A stretch of DNA of 64,000 nt. Origin: Somniosus microcephalus (taxonomy: Eukaryota). The notes beneath the pieces were generated by a model. The model did not search any database. It saw nothing but the letters and a program-made list of their open reading frames with translations, and was not told the origin of the DNA. Location: positions 204,972,001 through 205,036,000 of the forward strand of contig CM126203.1 in the NCBI GenBank assembly GCA_052327205.1, in the 5' to 3' direction. Positions 38,373-51,950 of the stretch are shown in pieces. A program made the translations under genes and the position numbers. Within the stretch, counting starts at the first letter, position 1; every line of letters begins with the position of its first letter.

Positions 38373-40854
38373 TTTTCATTATGTTAAAGGTGCTGAATAA
38401 ATGCAAGTTGTAGAAATGGGGCAACAGTAGGATCTCTATGGATGGATGAAGTAAGATGGGCCAAATGGCCATCCTCACCCGGAATTATCTTGTGAGGTTA
38501 ATATACTTCTGAGATCTATTAAAAAAAATCTGCAGTAAGACTGTGCTATAAACTAGAGCATGGTATGAGTTGAACATAAACAAAATCAGCTTCTCAACTT
38601 CAGAGGGATGATGTTGAGCCAGGACAAGTACTAGTGAACTAAAATGCTGTTGATTATTAAATGAAAAAAAACCTTCATAGTAGATATAGTTGAAGTGAAG
38701 AGCTTCCAAAGCAGGCTACAGCAGAACTATTCCTAGAACTATTTACTGCAAACCTACAGAGACTCAAGAGTAAAGAAATTAATCAAATTAAAGGGCAAAA
38801 ATGTGTACACAGCAATTGTATGTTTTTCCACATGTGTACACAGCAATCGAGTTTGCTGATGAAAGGAGAAAAAGAACAAAGGATGCAGCTCAAAACAAGA
38901 CTTTTATACAACAGGATGGGCAAAAAGATCATCTAATTAAAATACCAACTCAACGTCATGAATCTCTAAAGGAAAAGCGTACCTAGCTGAATCCTTCTCA
39001 GTCCTTAGGTTGATGATAATTCTCATTTATATGTGATTCAACAAATGCAGTTAAACCACGGTTTTACCATCTACTGTTTTGTGTTTCATCTTTTGAGGTA
39101 AACATTTCCATTCTTTTCCTGTGATTTGGTAATTTTGCTTAACTCTCCCCATGAAGTAACTGTCTTGCAACTCTACTTTATATTCTCTAGTCTGAAGAAG
39201 TTTAAAACTTCCAACTTAAGTCTCCAAATGTTTTGGTAATCCTGATGTACAGCTGATATTTGGGGAAGGCTTAATTTATAATTTAGAAGTACTCAGAGGG
39301 ATAAAGCAGTTGTTTGTAATATGATGAGGTTGCCTTGCCATTCACAATCAGTGAAAATGGGAGCCAATGCTCACTTAACAGTTTATTTTAACCTTATTCT
39401 TAATTACGAGGTGAGCTGTGCTTATTTATATGCAGTGCTGTGCTGTGCTCTAATTCCAATCTTTAACCCTGAATAATTAAAAGCAACAACCGGAGGAAAT
39501 ATGACTGGGAACATTTTTGCAACACCTGCTTAGAAAATACTCTACATGTTTTGTTTGCTTAATTAAATGCAGGCTTGATGTCAACATTTATTTATAAAGC
39601 TATTTAAAATGAAAGCTTAAAAAAAACTGTTACATCTGTGTCCTACAACTGTCCTACAAAACTTTACTTCCTCTTCATTCACCTTCGGTGGACCTAGAAA
39701 TGTTGGTGTAATAAATGGGGTATCAGTGTGATGAGAAATTTAGGTCACTGGGGGAGTTTAAAGTTGCGGCTGTGGCGTCACCTTATACTTGGGTTACTGT
39801 GGTAGATGGTACTGTAGCTCAGCCTGGAGGACTGCACTCACCTGCTAATGTCCACAAATAACTGCTCTTGTCTGTTCTGGACTCTCCAGCACATTCTACC
39901 ACTCTCTTCTCTCTGGACCCACCATTCTGGGTTCAAGGCTGCCCTTTGTGTTAATGGATAGCAGTGGCAGCATCTTACACAGTCAACTTTTCATTAAAAT
40001 CAGACTTTGTGCTCTCTGGTAAACCACACCACCTCATGGGGTTGACTTCATAGAATGCTAGACGATTTTAAGGTGCACGCTGACTGTTCCAAGTCCTGCC
40101 GCAGCTATGCAGCAGTACAAGGGAGTGGAGCAGGAGATTGGGAGTTGTCTTAAACATCTTAGACCACTCCTGTAGATGAGTCCCCACTCTCTCTTGCCTT
40201 GCAGTCTGCCTTTACCTACCAATATCTAGGTAATTTGCAGCTGAGCGCCTGGATCAAACAGAAATCCCTCATTGCTGTATTTCAGCTACTGATTATATCA
40301 CATAGGAATATAGGAATTGTTGGAAGAAAAAGACCTCGGTCCATCTAGTTTGTCTTTTACCATCCTGGTAGTCATATAGAATTACATAGAACAACATGCA
40401 TGATATGATAATGGAGCTGTTGACTAATCATAGCAATCAATCTCCATCAACTTGTCTGCAACAGACCCAGGCATGAGGTGAGGAAACCTGCAGCGGCGGA
40501 AAGCTTTGAGAACCATCGGTCCAATGTCGCCTGTCGCTCCCAAGCATGCTGCACCTACCACATGACATGTCTCAAATTACTCATGTGCCGTATCCCATGT
40601 ACACGCACATAATCTTCCTCAGCTTCGGTAGGCGGTTAAGCAAATATTTCACTAGACTGTGTGTTAGGTTATAATCTGCCAAGAAGATTCATTAACCAGT
40701 AAATGGGGAAGTAAACTGAAGTAATGAACATGCTGTAAATCAATAATAGTTACAGCTTTAAGTATTTCTCCTTGGACGATAAAAAAAAACCCAGTTGCAT
40801 CAGCTGCTCTAAACTGCAATGTAAACGAGACCATACAAAATGTACTTGAATATT

Positions 40855-42750
40855 GGCCTAGAAATTGGATTAGGCCCGAAAACGGGCGGTGTCATGGGCC
40901 AGTGCTATTTGCCTGTGCCCGTTCAAAATTCGCGCTGCCTGCTCATTATAATGATTGTGGAGCGTTGATCTCAGCACTAAACGGGTTGCTGATTGGCTTA
41001 GCGCTCAACAGGGGGAGGGGAGCAATATCAGGTGCAGTCTAATGGTCAGTATTATTTGGCCTGGGCTCTCTGCACTACTTAAAGGGGAGGTGCATTGTTA
41101 CAGCACCACCTCATTATCAGTCAGGCTGAAGAGATGGCTCAGCAACCTAGGGAGCGAGCACGAAGGTTCTCGGATGCTGCACTGGAGCCCTTTCTTGTGG
41201 CCGTTCAACAAAGACGGGCTGTCCTGCTTCTGCATGATGGCAGGAAGCCATCCAAGGCCAACTGCAGGAGGCTATGGGAGGAGATAGCTAACTCTGTCAC
41301 AGCCACCAGTGTGGTCCCAAAGACGTGGATCCAGTGCCGAAAAAAGTTTAATGACCTCACGTCAAGATGAGTGTAAGCTTCAGCAATGCCATATCCCACC
41401 ATCTGCACCACGAGCCTCACACACTGCTCAATGCACCACACCCCCAGCACTCACCTACCAAGAATCTCTACCTATCACCACTCACACTTCACAATCATAG
41501 TTTCACTTCGCCCTCACAATCTTACCACTAATGCAACACTCACACCTACATCTCACGCCTTGCACACATTGACAGCTATTCAACTGTGGCAGGCACATCA
41601 CCCAAACACATTACATTACACTCACTGACACACTTCTATTTCTCTTGCAGGCATAGGTGGCACAGAACAGGAGGGAGCAGCAGCAGATGGGAGGCAGCCA
41701 AGCCGCTATACAGAACCTCAGCGACCTGGAGGAATCCGCACTTGACATTATTGGAAGGGCAGTGATGGAGACTGTGGTCACGGGAGAAGTTGAAGCCCTT
41801 GCTGATAATGATGGTATGGTCATACCTAATCCTTCTTCTCACAACCCACTTCACTCTCATCCCACAATCTTTTCTCACTTAAAAGTTGATGACGGTGTTA
41901 TGCTTTCTTGCATTCCCCCATCCCCTTACCACAACCCGACCCTTCTGTCTTTCTGCTTTCGGATATTCAAGAACTGCCAAATTCATGGAGGAGAATGGAG
42001 ATGAAGACGACACACCGTCCCTGCATCTGACACTCACAGACACCGGCTCAGAGAATGTAGAGGGTAGTATAGAGGTGGGATCTGCACACGGTGAGGCACT
42101 GAGCACGAATGGGCTGCAGCAAGGCCTGGGGAAAGGGTCGCTCCGGGGCCAGCTCCCCAGAGGGCGAGTTCATGCACGAGTTCTGCTGCATACAACTCAG
42201 ATGATGACCTCGATGGGGTGGCTTTCAGAAGAAGGGCGATGGGCATGCACATGGAAATGCTAGGTGCATTGGCAAGCCTGCCAGAGAGCCTCTCATCAAT
42301 CTCAAGTAGCATGGAGGAGTCCGGCTTCAACACTGGACGGGGCTTTGTGCAGAGCTTGGAGCCCATGATTTCCAGGATGGAAATGATGGACAACTCCAGG
42401 AGAGACCTTGTGGACCCAGCCATGACGCTGTGTGTGATGGGTGATGTCGCAGCTTCTATTGCAGCACAGGCAGAAGCAACCCAACATCTCAGTGCTGCAG
42501 TGGAAACGCAGACTGCTCTCCTGCAGGCTCAGCTTGCTGCCACGCAAGCTCAGACTGCTCTCAGGCAATCTCATCCACGCAAGCTCAGATTGCTGCCATC
42601 GTCGCTGACTTTATGAGTGTCAAAAGGGGCTTGCAGGGTGTCACAGCAGGACAGCAATCTGTCCTCCAACAGATTGTTAGGAATGCTGAGGCGCCACCCC
42701 AGGGGAGTGGCAGTGGGTCAGTGGAGCAAGAACCTGCTGTCCTCTCTCAT
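40855..42750 (+). mobile_element. PIF/Harbinger remnant with spliced Myb/SANT-like gene (pseudogene, ATG 41134)
   Basis: Terminus ggcctagaaatt; MAQQPRERARRFSDAALE...LWEEIANSV...KTWIQCRKKFNDL; decayed donor (atgagt) ~41368, acceptor tttctcttgcag 41650, second exon VAQNRREQQQMGG. Confidence 0.8.
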
Positions 42751-43407
42751 GGCTTCAGCCTGACTAATCAATTTGAACAAGGCAGGCTGAGAAATATTTT
42801 TCAAAACAATCACCAGGACAAATATGTCTGAGGCTCATAAAGAGTCGTCAATCAAACACAACTATTATATATTAAAATTGCTCAGTCAAAACCTTCCATT
42901 TCAAATGCATTGAAAAGTCATGCACCAGATAGATTCTCCCAAACCTGCCTGCCCGGCCTCCCCAATGCCAAATAAGTGCGCGTGCTTACTTGGTCAACCA
43001 CCTGCCAACTGGACCCCAATTTCTAAATGTTCCTGTGTTATAAATAAATGCATGGAACCCACAGATAATAACTTTAAATTCTGGCAAATGATTCTAAGTG
43101 TCGGCATCCTTGATTGATGACTGGTGCTTTTGACTGCAGTGAAACACACTCTGCCACATTGTCTGCGCCCCCCCCGCCACCCCCCTATTGCTTGGTAGAG
43201 GCTTCTTTCTCACAGAGTCAGAATATTTCCCATTGCTGAAGTACCAAATTACCTTTGATAGCTTAATGCCTTCAGTTCACCCAGTCAACGTGTTGGGCTA
43301 CTCATATTTTAACTACGGTATTACTCATAAACTATTTTCGCACATACGTATAATAATCTCATCCCCTCCCCAAAAATAGTTTGCAACACTCGATGCACTG
43401 AAATATT

Positions 43408-44190
43408 GGCCCCAATCTTAACTTCAGGGCGCGTACAGGGGTGGGAGGAGTGGAAACCGGAAGTACGGGTTTCCCGAACGTCCTGCAATTTTTAACTGCA
43501 GCATGTCTTTTCAATTTTCTCTGTAGGTTTCCCACCCACAGCCAGCCTGATCGACAGGCTAGCCTACCTGTCGGGCGGGAAAGGCTGCAGCACATGGCCG
43601 CAGCCGAGCTCAGAGCAGGTAGGTCTAGTGGGGAAGGATGGGGTTGAGAGATCATGGTGGGGTCAGGGGGGGGTGGGTCCAGTCACAGGGGTGGGGGGTA
43701 GATGGTGGTGGGGGCGTGGGTTGGGTGTCTGATCATGGTGGGGGGGTGGGGGGGAGTAGGGAGGAGGCGAGAGCAGCAAATGTTGGTCGGGGAGACCGAG
43801 TGCAGAGTGGGGGGCAGCAGATAGATCGCGGGGGTGGGGGGAGGTGGGTTTGCTGGTAAGCCTGGTGGGCCTGGAGAAAATGCTCCTCCTGGCCCACAAG
43901 CAGTGCTGTAAAGGTACTTAACTTAGGATTCAGCCCGTTTTGCTTCCTTACACCTGCCGGGTTTCCCGAGACCCGGGAAACCCGGTCAAATGTGGTTAAA
44001 AATAGAATCACTGTTAAAATGAAGGCAGGCAGCCTCATTAAAATATTTAAATGACCATCCCGCCTCCTTGTCCCACCTCCGTTAAAACCGGAAGTGGGCG
44101 GGTTAGGTTCCTGTTTCAGATTTTTAGCTTTTTAACCTCCCACCCAAACCAAATCAAACCACCCATTTTTGGAGGTTAAAATTACCCCCT
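43408..44190. mobile_element. TIR element (MITE), G-rich interior
   Basis: Ends ggccccaatcttaac / gttaaaattaccccc; inverted homolog at 45716-46530. Confidence 0.7.
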
Positions 44191-45171
44191 TTGAGAGTAA
44201 CCATGTATGCTCTTAGACTACCTTTGGACGATAGCATGATCATATCTACTGTGCTTTGTTCAGCGATTTGTGAATGCAGGCAATAAAATATTATGAATGT
44301 ACACAAAGTCTCCCTTTTGGAGTAAATGGCAGGGCATACTTGGAATGATTTGCTTATATTCATTATGTGTAATGTCAGGATGGTTTTATGCAATGCTTTA
44401 AATAATGTACCAAAAAACCTTCTCTGTTAATGAGGATGAAGTAAAACCAAGAATAATTCTGCTTTTATGAGGACATTTATTGTACGAAACAAAGCTACTA
44501 ATGCAAATTTTGCTGAGTGACCAAGAAGAATGCATCAAATTTATTTGAAACTGCACTTTGTAAACATTTTCAAAATACAGCTAAATGAAGCTACATCATT
44601 TAATGGAGTGAAAACAGGATAAAAAGAAAAACATTATGCGGACCATCTTGATTATTAATGTGGGCTGGGTGGGGGCAGGGGAGGATGGAGAGAAAGCGCA
44701 TTGAGAAAACGAATGTCAGGGACCTACGAGAAGGTTTGGAAAATGAATTTGAAACCGAACATAATATTTTATTTTATTAAAAATGTGCAGCCATTTGTTT
44801 CTCTAATACAAAGACTACATTAATAGTTTATCTCAATCCTTAATCTCAGTTATGATACCATTTACTAACTAATGATATTTTGGATCAACAATGTCATAAG
44901 GTAAACATCCCTGTCTACACATAATTACCTGGTCAAGTTGATGGATATATCAGAAAAGCAGTTCAAAGCAATCAACTCAGTCCACTTCAGCTATTTGTTC
45001 CCTCACAAAATTATGATGAGGTTTTCATTGCGAGATCATTTCTACACATTCCAATCCTACACTGATTTAATACATTACACGCCATCTTTCCAACCTTCAT
45101 ACCAAGATTCAGATTCATCTAATCCAAACACAATAACTTTTAAACAATCAATGCAAAATGTATATACTTAC

Positions 45172-45311
45172 CTTCACATCCTTGTAAAGGAGTAACTTTT
45201 CATCCCGCAGGACAAAGTAACGCTCCTGAAATTTATTTCCAGATAACAGTTTAGATGGCTCTTCTCTCCATTTTAGAGTCCCTGCTTTCCCAGAATCTTT
45301 GATATTCTTTG
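45172..45311 (-). CDS. ARAP2: ARAP2 coding exon (PH5 domain, N-terminal part)
   Basis: Acceptor tttttttaatcacag|, 140 nt = (A)KNIKDSGKAGTLKWREEPSKLLSGNKFQERYFVLRDEKLLLYKDVK, donor |gtaagt. Phase 1 start joins the previous exon (G+CA). Matches recalled ARAP2 EEPSKILSGNKFQDRYFVLRDG..LYKDVK. Confidence 0.93.
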
Positions 45312-45715
45312 CTGTGATTAAAAAAAAGTGAAGCTTCAGTTACTTTCCACACTCGTCCCACACTGGCTGACCTGTTCCGCTAGATCAGATATATCAGAAT
45401 GCTGCATTTGATCAACTTGACCAGTTTGAAAATACATCACAATCACATTCTGAGCTGCTGTAACTTTGATATTACCACCTAGAGCAGATGAGACCCAAAC
45501 CACTCTCCCAAAGGCTACCTACTACCAAATATCAAAATGTACTCATCACAAAAATTATTCCTCTTATTTGTGCAACAATTATGTGAGCAAAGCTTTTGGT
45601 TACGTTCCATTATGTTGTCTTCTGTACCCATGCTCCAGTGGAGGTATTTGATGATATGTACGAAATGGGGCAGCAAACAATGGGTGCAGATTAGAACTGA
45701 CTTCCAAAAACATTG

Positions 45716-46530
45716 GGGGGAATTTTAACCCAAAAAAACAGGTGGGCTGGGGTTGGATGGGTAAAATGTCTGAACCTGACCCCAACCTGCCTACTTCCGG
45801 TTTTAACGGAGGCGGGTCGGGGGCGGGCAGCCAACCCGCTCTCCCAAGAGGTGGGTCGCCCATTTAAATATTATAATAAGGCTGGCGTGCCTCAGATTTA
45901 ACCGCCATTTTAAATTTAAATGTAGCTGGTCGGGTTTTGCTGGCCTTGCAAAACCCACCAGCTAAAGTAAGGCCTTTACAGTTACCTCCTGGATTCTGCA
46001 TCACTGCCTAACCCACCACCCGCTATCGGAGACCCCCCCACCCCACAAGGCCTCCAATCACCTGCCCCCCGCAATCTCTGATACCCCCACAGAGCCTCCT
46101 GGCCACCCGTGCTGCTCCCGGTCCTCTGATGTGTTCCGGACCCGCCCCCCTTCCCCCAATGTATTCCAGACCTGCCCGCCCCCCCGATGTGTTCCGGACA
46201 TGGCCCCCCCAATGATCTCTCCCCTGCCCCCCACTTCCCCCCTTGCACCTCTGGCCCTCCAATGATCACCATCACCCCCCACTTCTCCGGCCCTCCAATA
46301 ATCACCCAGCCCCCACGCGATCCCTCCCTCCCTCCCTCCTCTCTGCAGCCCAGTGCCACAGGCCTACCCTCAATCTGGCTGCGAGTGGGAAACAGAGGTC
46401 TCCAATCCAAATTAGGCTCTGCCGTTAAATTCGGCCAGGCCTGCGGGAAACCCGTTCACCTAGGTTTCTCGTCCGCTTCCGAGCCACCCCCCAGCCCGCT
46501 CCCAACCCGCCTCCCAATTAAAATTCAGGT
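45716..46530. mobile_element. TIR element (MITE), C-rich interior
   Basis: gggggaattttaacc...acttccggttttaacggagg...catttaaatatt matches the reverse complement of 44020-44190. Confidence 0.7.
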
Positions 46531-46855
46531 GATTATTTCAGTTTGATTATACGGAAATACACTTGGGAACCAATCACAAAAAATATAATACAGATTAAAT
46601 TAATTGGTTGTCATAATCAGAGGGACTTTAGGAATTATTTTACATTTCATTATATACTACTTAATGAACTTCCGCATTCAAACTATGTCTCTATTAAATA
46701 AAATTAGAAAAATATTTTGATCAAATAAGAAATAAAGCATGAGTACATTTTTCTTATTAAAGCAGAGATTGTGTATTCTAATTAGGAATCAGCAGCACAG
46801 CATCTCAGTTGCTTTACTAATAAACAGAGTCAGATGCTGGATATTTTCTCCACTA

Positions 46856-49800
46856 TAAGAACATAAGAACATAAGAAATAGGAGCAGGAGTAGGCCAATC
46901 GGCCCCTCGAGCCTGCTCCACCATTCAATAAGATCATGGCTGATCTGATCCTAACCTCAAATCTTCTATCACTCTGCATCCACCCGAACCCATGTGATCT
47001 CCCGGGAGAGGCGAAAAACCAGATAAAGACCCAATGGCCAATTTGGGAGAAAAAAATCTGGGAAATTCCTCTCCGACCCATCTAGGCGATCGAAATTCTT
47101 CCAGGAGATCACTCTGTCCCTATATTTTCTACAGTACTTACCTTCTGTAAAGGCGATCTCCACCCCAGCCAGGAACAGGAATAAAACCATCTCCTGAAAT
47201 CTAACAGAATTAGAACACAGTAGGAGCTGAACAAGGCTACACGGCCCCTGGGCCCGCTCCACTACCCACAGGGCCATGACCATTCCGAACCCAGACTCAT
47301 GTCCAATTTACTGCCCGCTCCCCGTAACCCTTTATTCCCTTTACTTCTAGGAAACTATCTATTTCTGTTTTAAATTTATTTAATGATGTAGCTTCCACAG
47401 CTTTCTGGGGCAGCAAATTCCACAAACCTACCACCCTCTGAGTGAAGAAGTTTCTCCTCATCTCAGTTTTGAATGAGCAGCCCCTTATTTTAAGATTATG
47501 CCCCCTAGTTCTAGTTTCACCCATCATTGGGAACATCCTCACCGCATCCACCCGATCAAGCCCCTTCACAATCTTATATGTTTCAATAAGATCGCCTCTC
47601 ATTCTTCTGAACTCCAATGAGTAGAGTCCCAATCTACTCAACCTCTCCTCATATGACCACCCCCTCATCCCCGGGATTAACCGAGTGAACCTTCTTTGTA
47701 CTGACTCGAGAGCAAGTATGTCTTTTCTTAAGTATGGACACCAAAACTGTATGCAGTATTCCAGGTGCGGCCTCACCAATACCTTGTACAACTGCAGCAA
47801 TACCTCCCTGTTTTTATATTCCAACCCCCTAGCAATAAAAGCCAACATTCCATTGGCCTTCTTGATCACTTGCTGCACCTGCATACTAACTTTTTGAGTT
47901 TCGTGCACCAGGACCCCCAGATCCCTTTGTACTACAGTACTTTCCAGTTTCTTGCCATTAAGATAATAACTTGCTCTATGATTTTTCCTGCCAAAGTGCA
48001 TAACTTCACACTTTCCAGTATTGTATTCCATCTGCTAAATCTCTGCCCACTTACTTAGCCTGTCTATGTCCCTTTGCAGGTTTTTTATGTCCTCCTCACT
48101 CACTACTTTCCGTCCCATCTTTGTATCATCTGCAAACTTTGATATGTTACACTCGGTCCCCTCCTCCAAATCGTTAATATAGATTGTAAAGAGTTGGGGA
48201 CCCAGCACTGACCCCTGCGGAACACCACTAGTTACTGGTTGCCAATCTGAGAACGAACCATTTATCCCAACTCTCTGCTTTCTGTTAGAGAGCCAATCCT
48301 CCACCCACGCCAGAATATTACCCCCAATCCCGTGATTTTTTATCTTGAGCAATAATCTTTTGTGTGGCACCTTGTCAAATGCCTTTTGGAAGTCTAAATA
48401 CACTACGTCCACTGGTTCCCCTTTATCCACCCTGTATGTTACTTCCTCAAAAAACTCAAGCAAATTTGTTAAACATGACTTCCCCTTCATGAAACCATGC
48501 TGAGTTTGCCCTATTAAATTGTGTTTATCCAAATGTCCTGTTACTGTCTCCTTAATAATGGACTCGAACATTTTACCAACCACAGATGTTAGGCTAACAG
48601 GTCTATAGTTTCCAGCCTTCTGCCTACTACCCTTTTTAAATAATGGTGTTACATTAGCAGTTTTCCAATCTGCCGGGACCTTTGCTGAGTCCAGTGAGTT
48701 TTGGAAAATTATTACCAATGCATTCACAATCCCTACCGCTACTTCCCTCAAGACCCTGGGATGCAAGCCATCAGGTCCAGGGGATTTATCCGCCTTGAGT
48801 CCCATTATTTTACCAAGTACCACTTCCTTAGTGATTTTAATTGTATTTAGTTCCTCCCCCCCCTAGAGCCCCCTGTTTGTCCAGTGTTGGGATATTCTTA
48901 GTGTCCTCTACTGTAAAGACTGATACAAAATAATTGTTCAGTGTTTTTGCCATCTCCATGTTTCCCACCATTAATTTCCCGGTCTCATCCTCTAAGGGAC
49001 CAACATTTACTTTAGCCACCCTTTTTCTTTTTATATAACTATAGAAACTTTTACTGTCTGTTTTTATATTTTTTGCTAATTTACTTTCATAATCTACCTT
49101 CCCTTTCTTAATCAATCTTTTTGTTATTTTTTGCTGTCTTTTAAAGACTTCCCAATCTTCCATCCTCCCACTAGATTTGGCTACCTTATATGCCCTTGTT
49201 TTTAATCGGATACTATCCTTAATTACTTTACTTAGCCACGGATGGCTATCTTTTCTTTTACACCCTTTTTTCCCTCAGTGGAATATATTTTTTTTGGAAG
49301 TTGTAAAATAACTCCTTAAATGTACACCACTGGTCATGTACCGTCTTACCCTTTAATCTATTTTCCCAGCCCACTCTCATTAATTCCGCTCTCATACCTT
49401 CATAGTCTCCTTTATTCAAGCTCAGCACGCTTGTTTGAGATCCAACCTTCTCACCCTCTAATTGAATATGGAACTCAACCATGTTATGGTCACTCATTCC
49501 AAGGGGATCCTTTACTAGGACATTTTTAATTAATCCTGTCTCATTACACAGGACCAAATCTAAGGTTGCTTGCCCCCTGGTCGGTTCAGTTACATACTGC
49601 TCAAGAAACCCATCCCTAATACACTCAATGAACTCTTCCTCAAGGCTGCTCTGCCCAATTTGATTTGTCCAGTTAATATGATAATTAAAATCCCCCATAA
49701 TTATAGCTGTTCCCTTATTACAAGCCTCAACTATTTCCTGATTAATACTCCGTCCAACAGAGTTGCAACTGTTCGGAGGCCTATAGACTACACCCACTAG

Positions 49801-50110
49801 TGTTTTTTCCCCTTATTATTCCTTACCTCCACCCAAACTGTTTCACTATCGTGCTCCTTTGACCCAATATCATTTCTCTGTATTATAGTGATTCCTTCCT
49901 TTATTAACATAGCCACCCCACCTCCTCTCCCTTCCTGCCTGTCCTTCCTGATTGTTAAATAACCTGGTATGTTTAATTCCCAGTCATGGTCACCCTGCAG
50001 CCATGTTTCTGTAATGGCCACAAGATCATACCCATATGTCATTATTTGTGCCGTTAACTCATTCATTTTGTTACGAATGCTACGTGCATTCAGAGAAAGA
50101 ACTTTCAAAT
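46856..50110 (-). mobile_element. CR1 LINE ORF2 (APE + RT), extended 3'UTR, (ttcttatg)n tail
   Basis: ORFs 49797-50108, 49258-49797, 48837-49163, 48035-48823 ([14 protein letters not shown]), 47297-48031. Confidence 0.95.
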
Positions 50111-50635
50111 ATGTTTTGTAACACTTAGTTTAGTATATTAGCTTCAATCAAATTTATTTCTCCAAGAAGATAGTTTTGATAATTGACACAAACAGAAATA
50201 AAATCCTGCCGGATGGTCAAGAACCACCTGTTCTAATGAAGATATTGCTCTTTACCTAGATGGTGTGTCATGGAAAGCTGGTTCTGTTTGAGTAGAACAG
50301 GACTCGATCCACCGAACCAAACAGGTGGGCTGACACAGAAAATATCACCATTTGTGTGGCTGACAAGCATGATGAATTACATTATCTCTCTGAAAATGTC
50401 TATTCCTTGATCCAGAACCAAACCTGTCAGCTAAACATTCAGCATATGCTCATTTATCTTAGCTGGTCACATTCAGATTGCCTTGGCTTTCAGACTTCAT
50501 TCAGCACACACCCAAACATTATATCACTGCCATAATAGCATGGAATTTATTATGTAATTTTCAGTGCACAGAAAAATCCTGGCAATTTGCTGTTACCCTG
50601 TGGACTTGAGCTGTTCCAATAGTCTGAAACTGCTA

Positions 50636-51340
50636 TACTATAAACTAAATGGTACAATTTTAAAGGGGGTGCAGGAACAGAGAAACCTGGGGTTTACACA
50701 CACAAATCTTTGAAGGTGGCAGGACAAGTTGATAAGGCTGTGAGAAAAGCATATGGGATCCTTGACTTTATAAATAGAGCAATAGAGTATAAAAGCAAGG
50801 AAGTTATGCTAAATGTTTATAAATCACTGCTTACGGCTCAACTAGAATATTTAGGAAGGATGTCAAGGCCTTGGAGAGGGTACAGAGGAGATTTACCAGG
50901 ATGATACCAGGGATGAGAGACTTCAGTTATGTGGAGAGACTAAAGAAGCTGGGATTTTTCTCCTTAGAGCAGAAAAGGTTAAGGCGAGATTTAATAGAGG
51001 TGTTCAAAATTACGATAGATTTTGATAGAGTAAATAAGGAGAAACTATTTCCACTGGCAGGAGGGTCAGAGATTCAAGATAATTGGTGAAAGAACCAGAG
51101 GGTAGATGAGGAGAATTTTTTTTGAATGCTGCAAGTAGTTATGATCTGGAATGCACTGCCTGAAAGGGTGGAGGAAGCAGATTCAATCATAACTTTAAAA
51201 TGGAAATTGGATAAATGACTGAGAAGTAAAAACTTGCAGGGTTATGGGGAAGTGGGATTAATTGAATAGCTCTTACAAAGAGCCAGCACATGCACAATGG
51301 GCTGAAGGCCCCCTTCTGAGCTGTAAGATTCTATGATACT
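50636..51340 (+). mobile_element. CR1 3' fragment
   Basis: ORFs 50710-50904 and 50871-51089 (RVQRRFTRMIPG..RRDLIEVFK) followed by a CR1 tail. Confidence 0.85.
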
Positions 51341-51950
51341 GTAGCATTGTTGATTACACATGCTTCTAAGTGCTTTCAGGAAAAAAAACATGCTAGATTG
51401 TTCAGGTGCTATAAAACAACCACTCAAATTCTATTAAGCAACAAAATGCATTTAAAATACATACAAGTTAAATTTTATTCCATGCGAATGAATCTTATCT
51501 AGAATACTGATCAGTAATGTGTGCCTTAATTTCTTCAGCTAAATACAGAGTCCCCTCATTTAAAACTGCTTCCAAAAGTCACATTTGAAAGAATTTAGAT
51601 TCTCTTTCCTGTTCATTCGGTTTGTCTTTGTTTTCATTTTGAATATTTTTGTTTAAACAGCAAATGCTGATGACATTATTACAGCATCTGTTTGGTGAAT
51701 ATAATGAGCGCCAATTGGAGTTCAAATGAGCTGATATACAGCCAGAAGCAAAAAATTTTTAAAAAGACAGAAAGGGGCCTGAATTTAGGAATATCTTACG
51801 GGAGTTCAATTTCCTTAGTGTCAGATGTAGAAATTCGGTGTTCCTCAGATGTCAAACAAAATGATTTACACCAAATTATGCATGATTAACATAAAAATAA
51901 CATGCATTTAAAAAAAAATGTACAAAAAGGATGCAAACATTAAATTATTA

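Noticed and set aside
43640-43850. G-quadruplex-like G runs as a dedicated element
   Set aside because: This is the low-complexity interior of a MITE family, mirrored at 46010-46340; there is no independent evidence of function.
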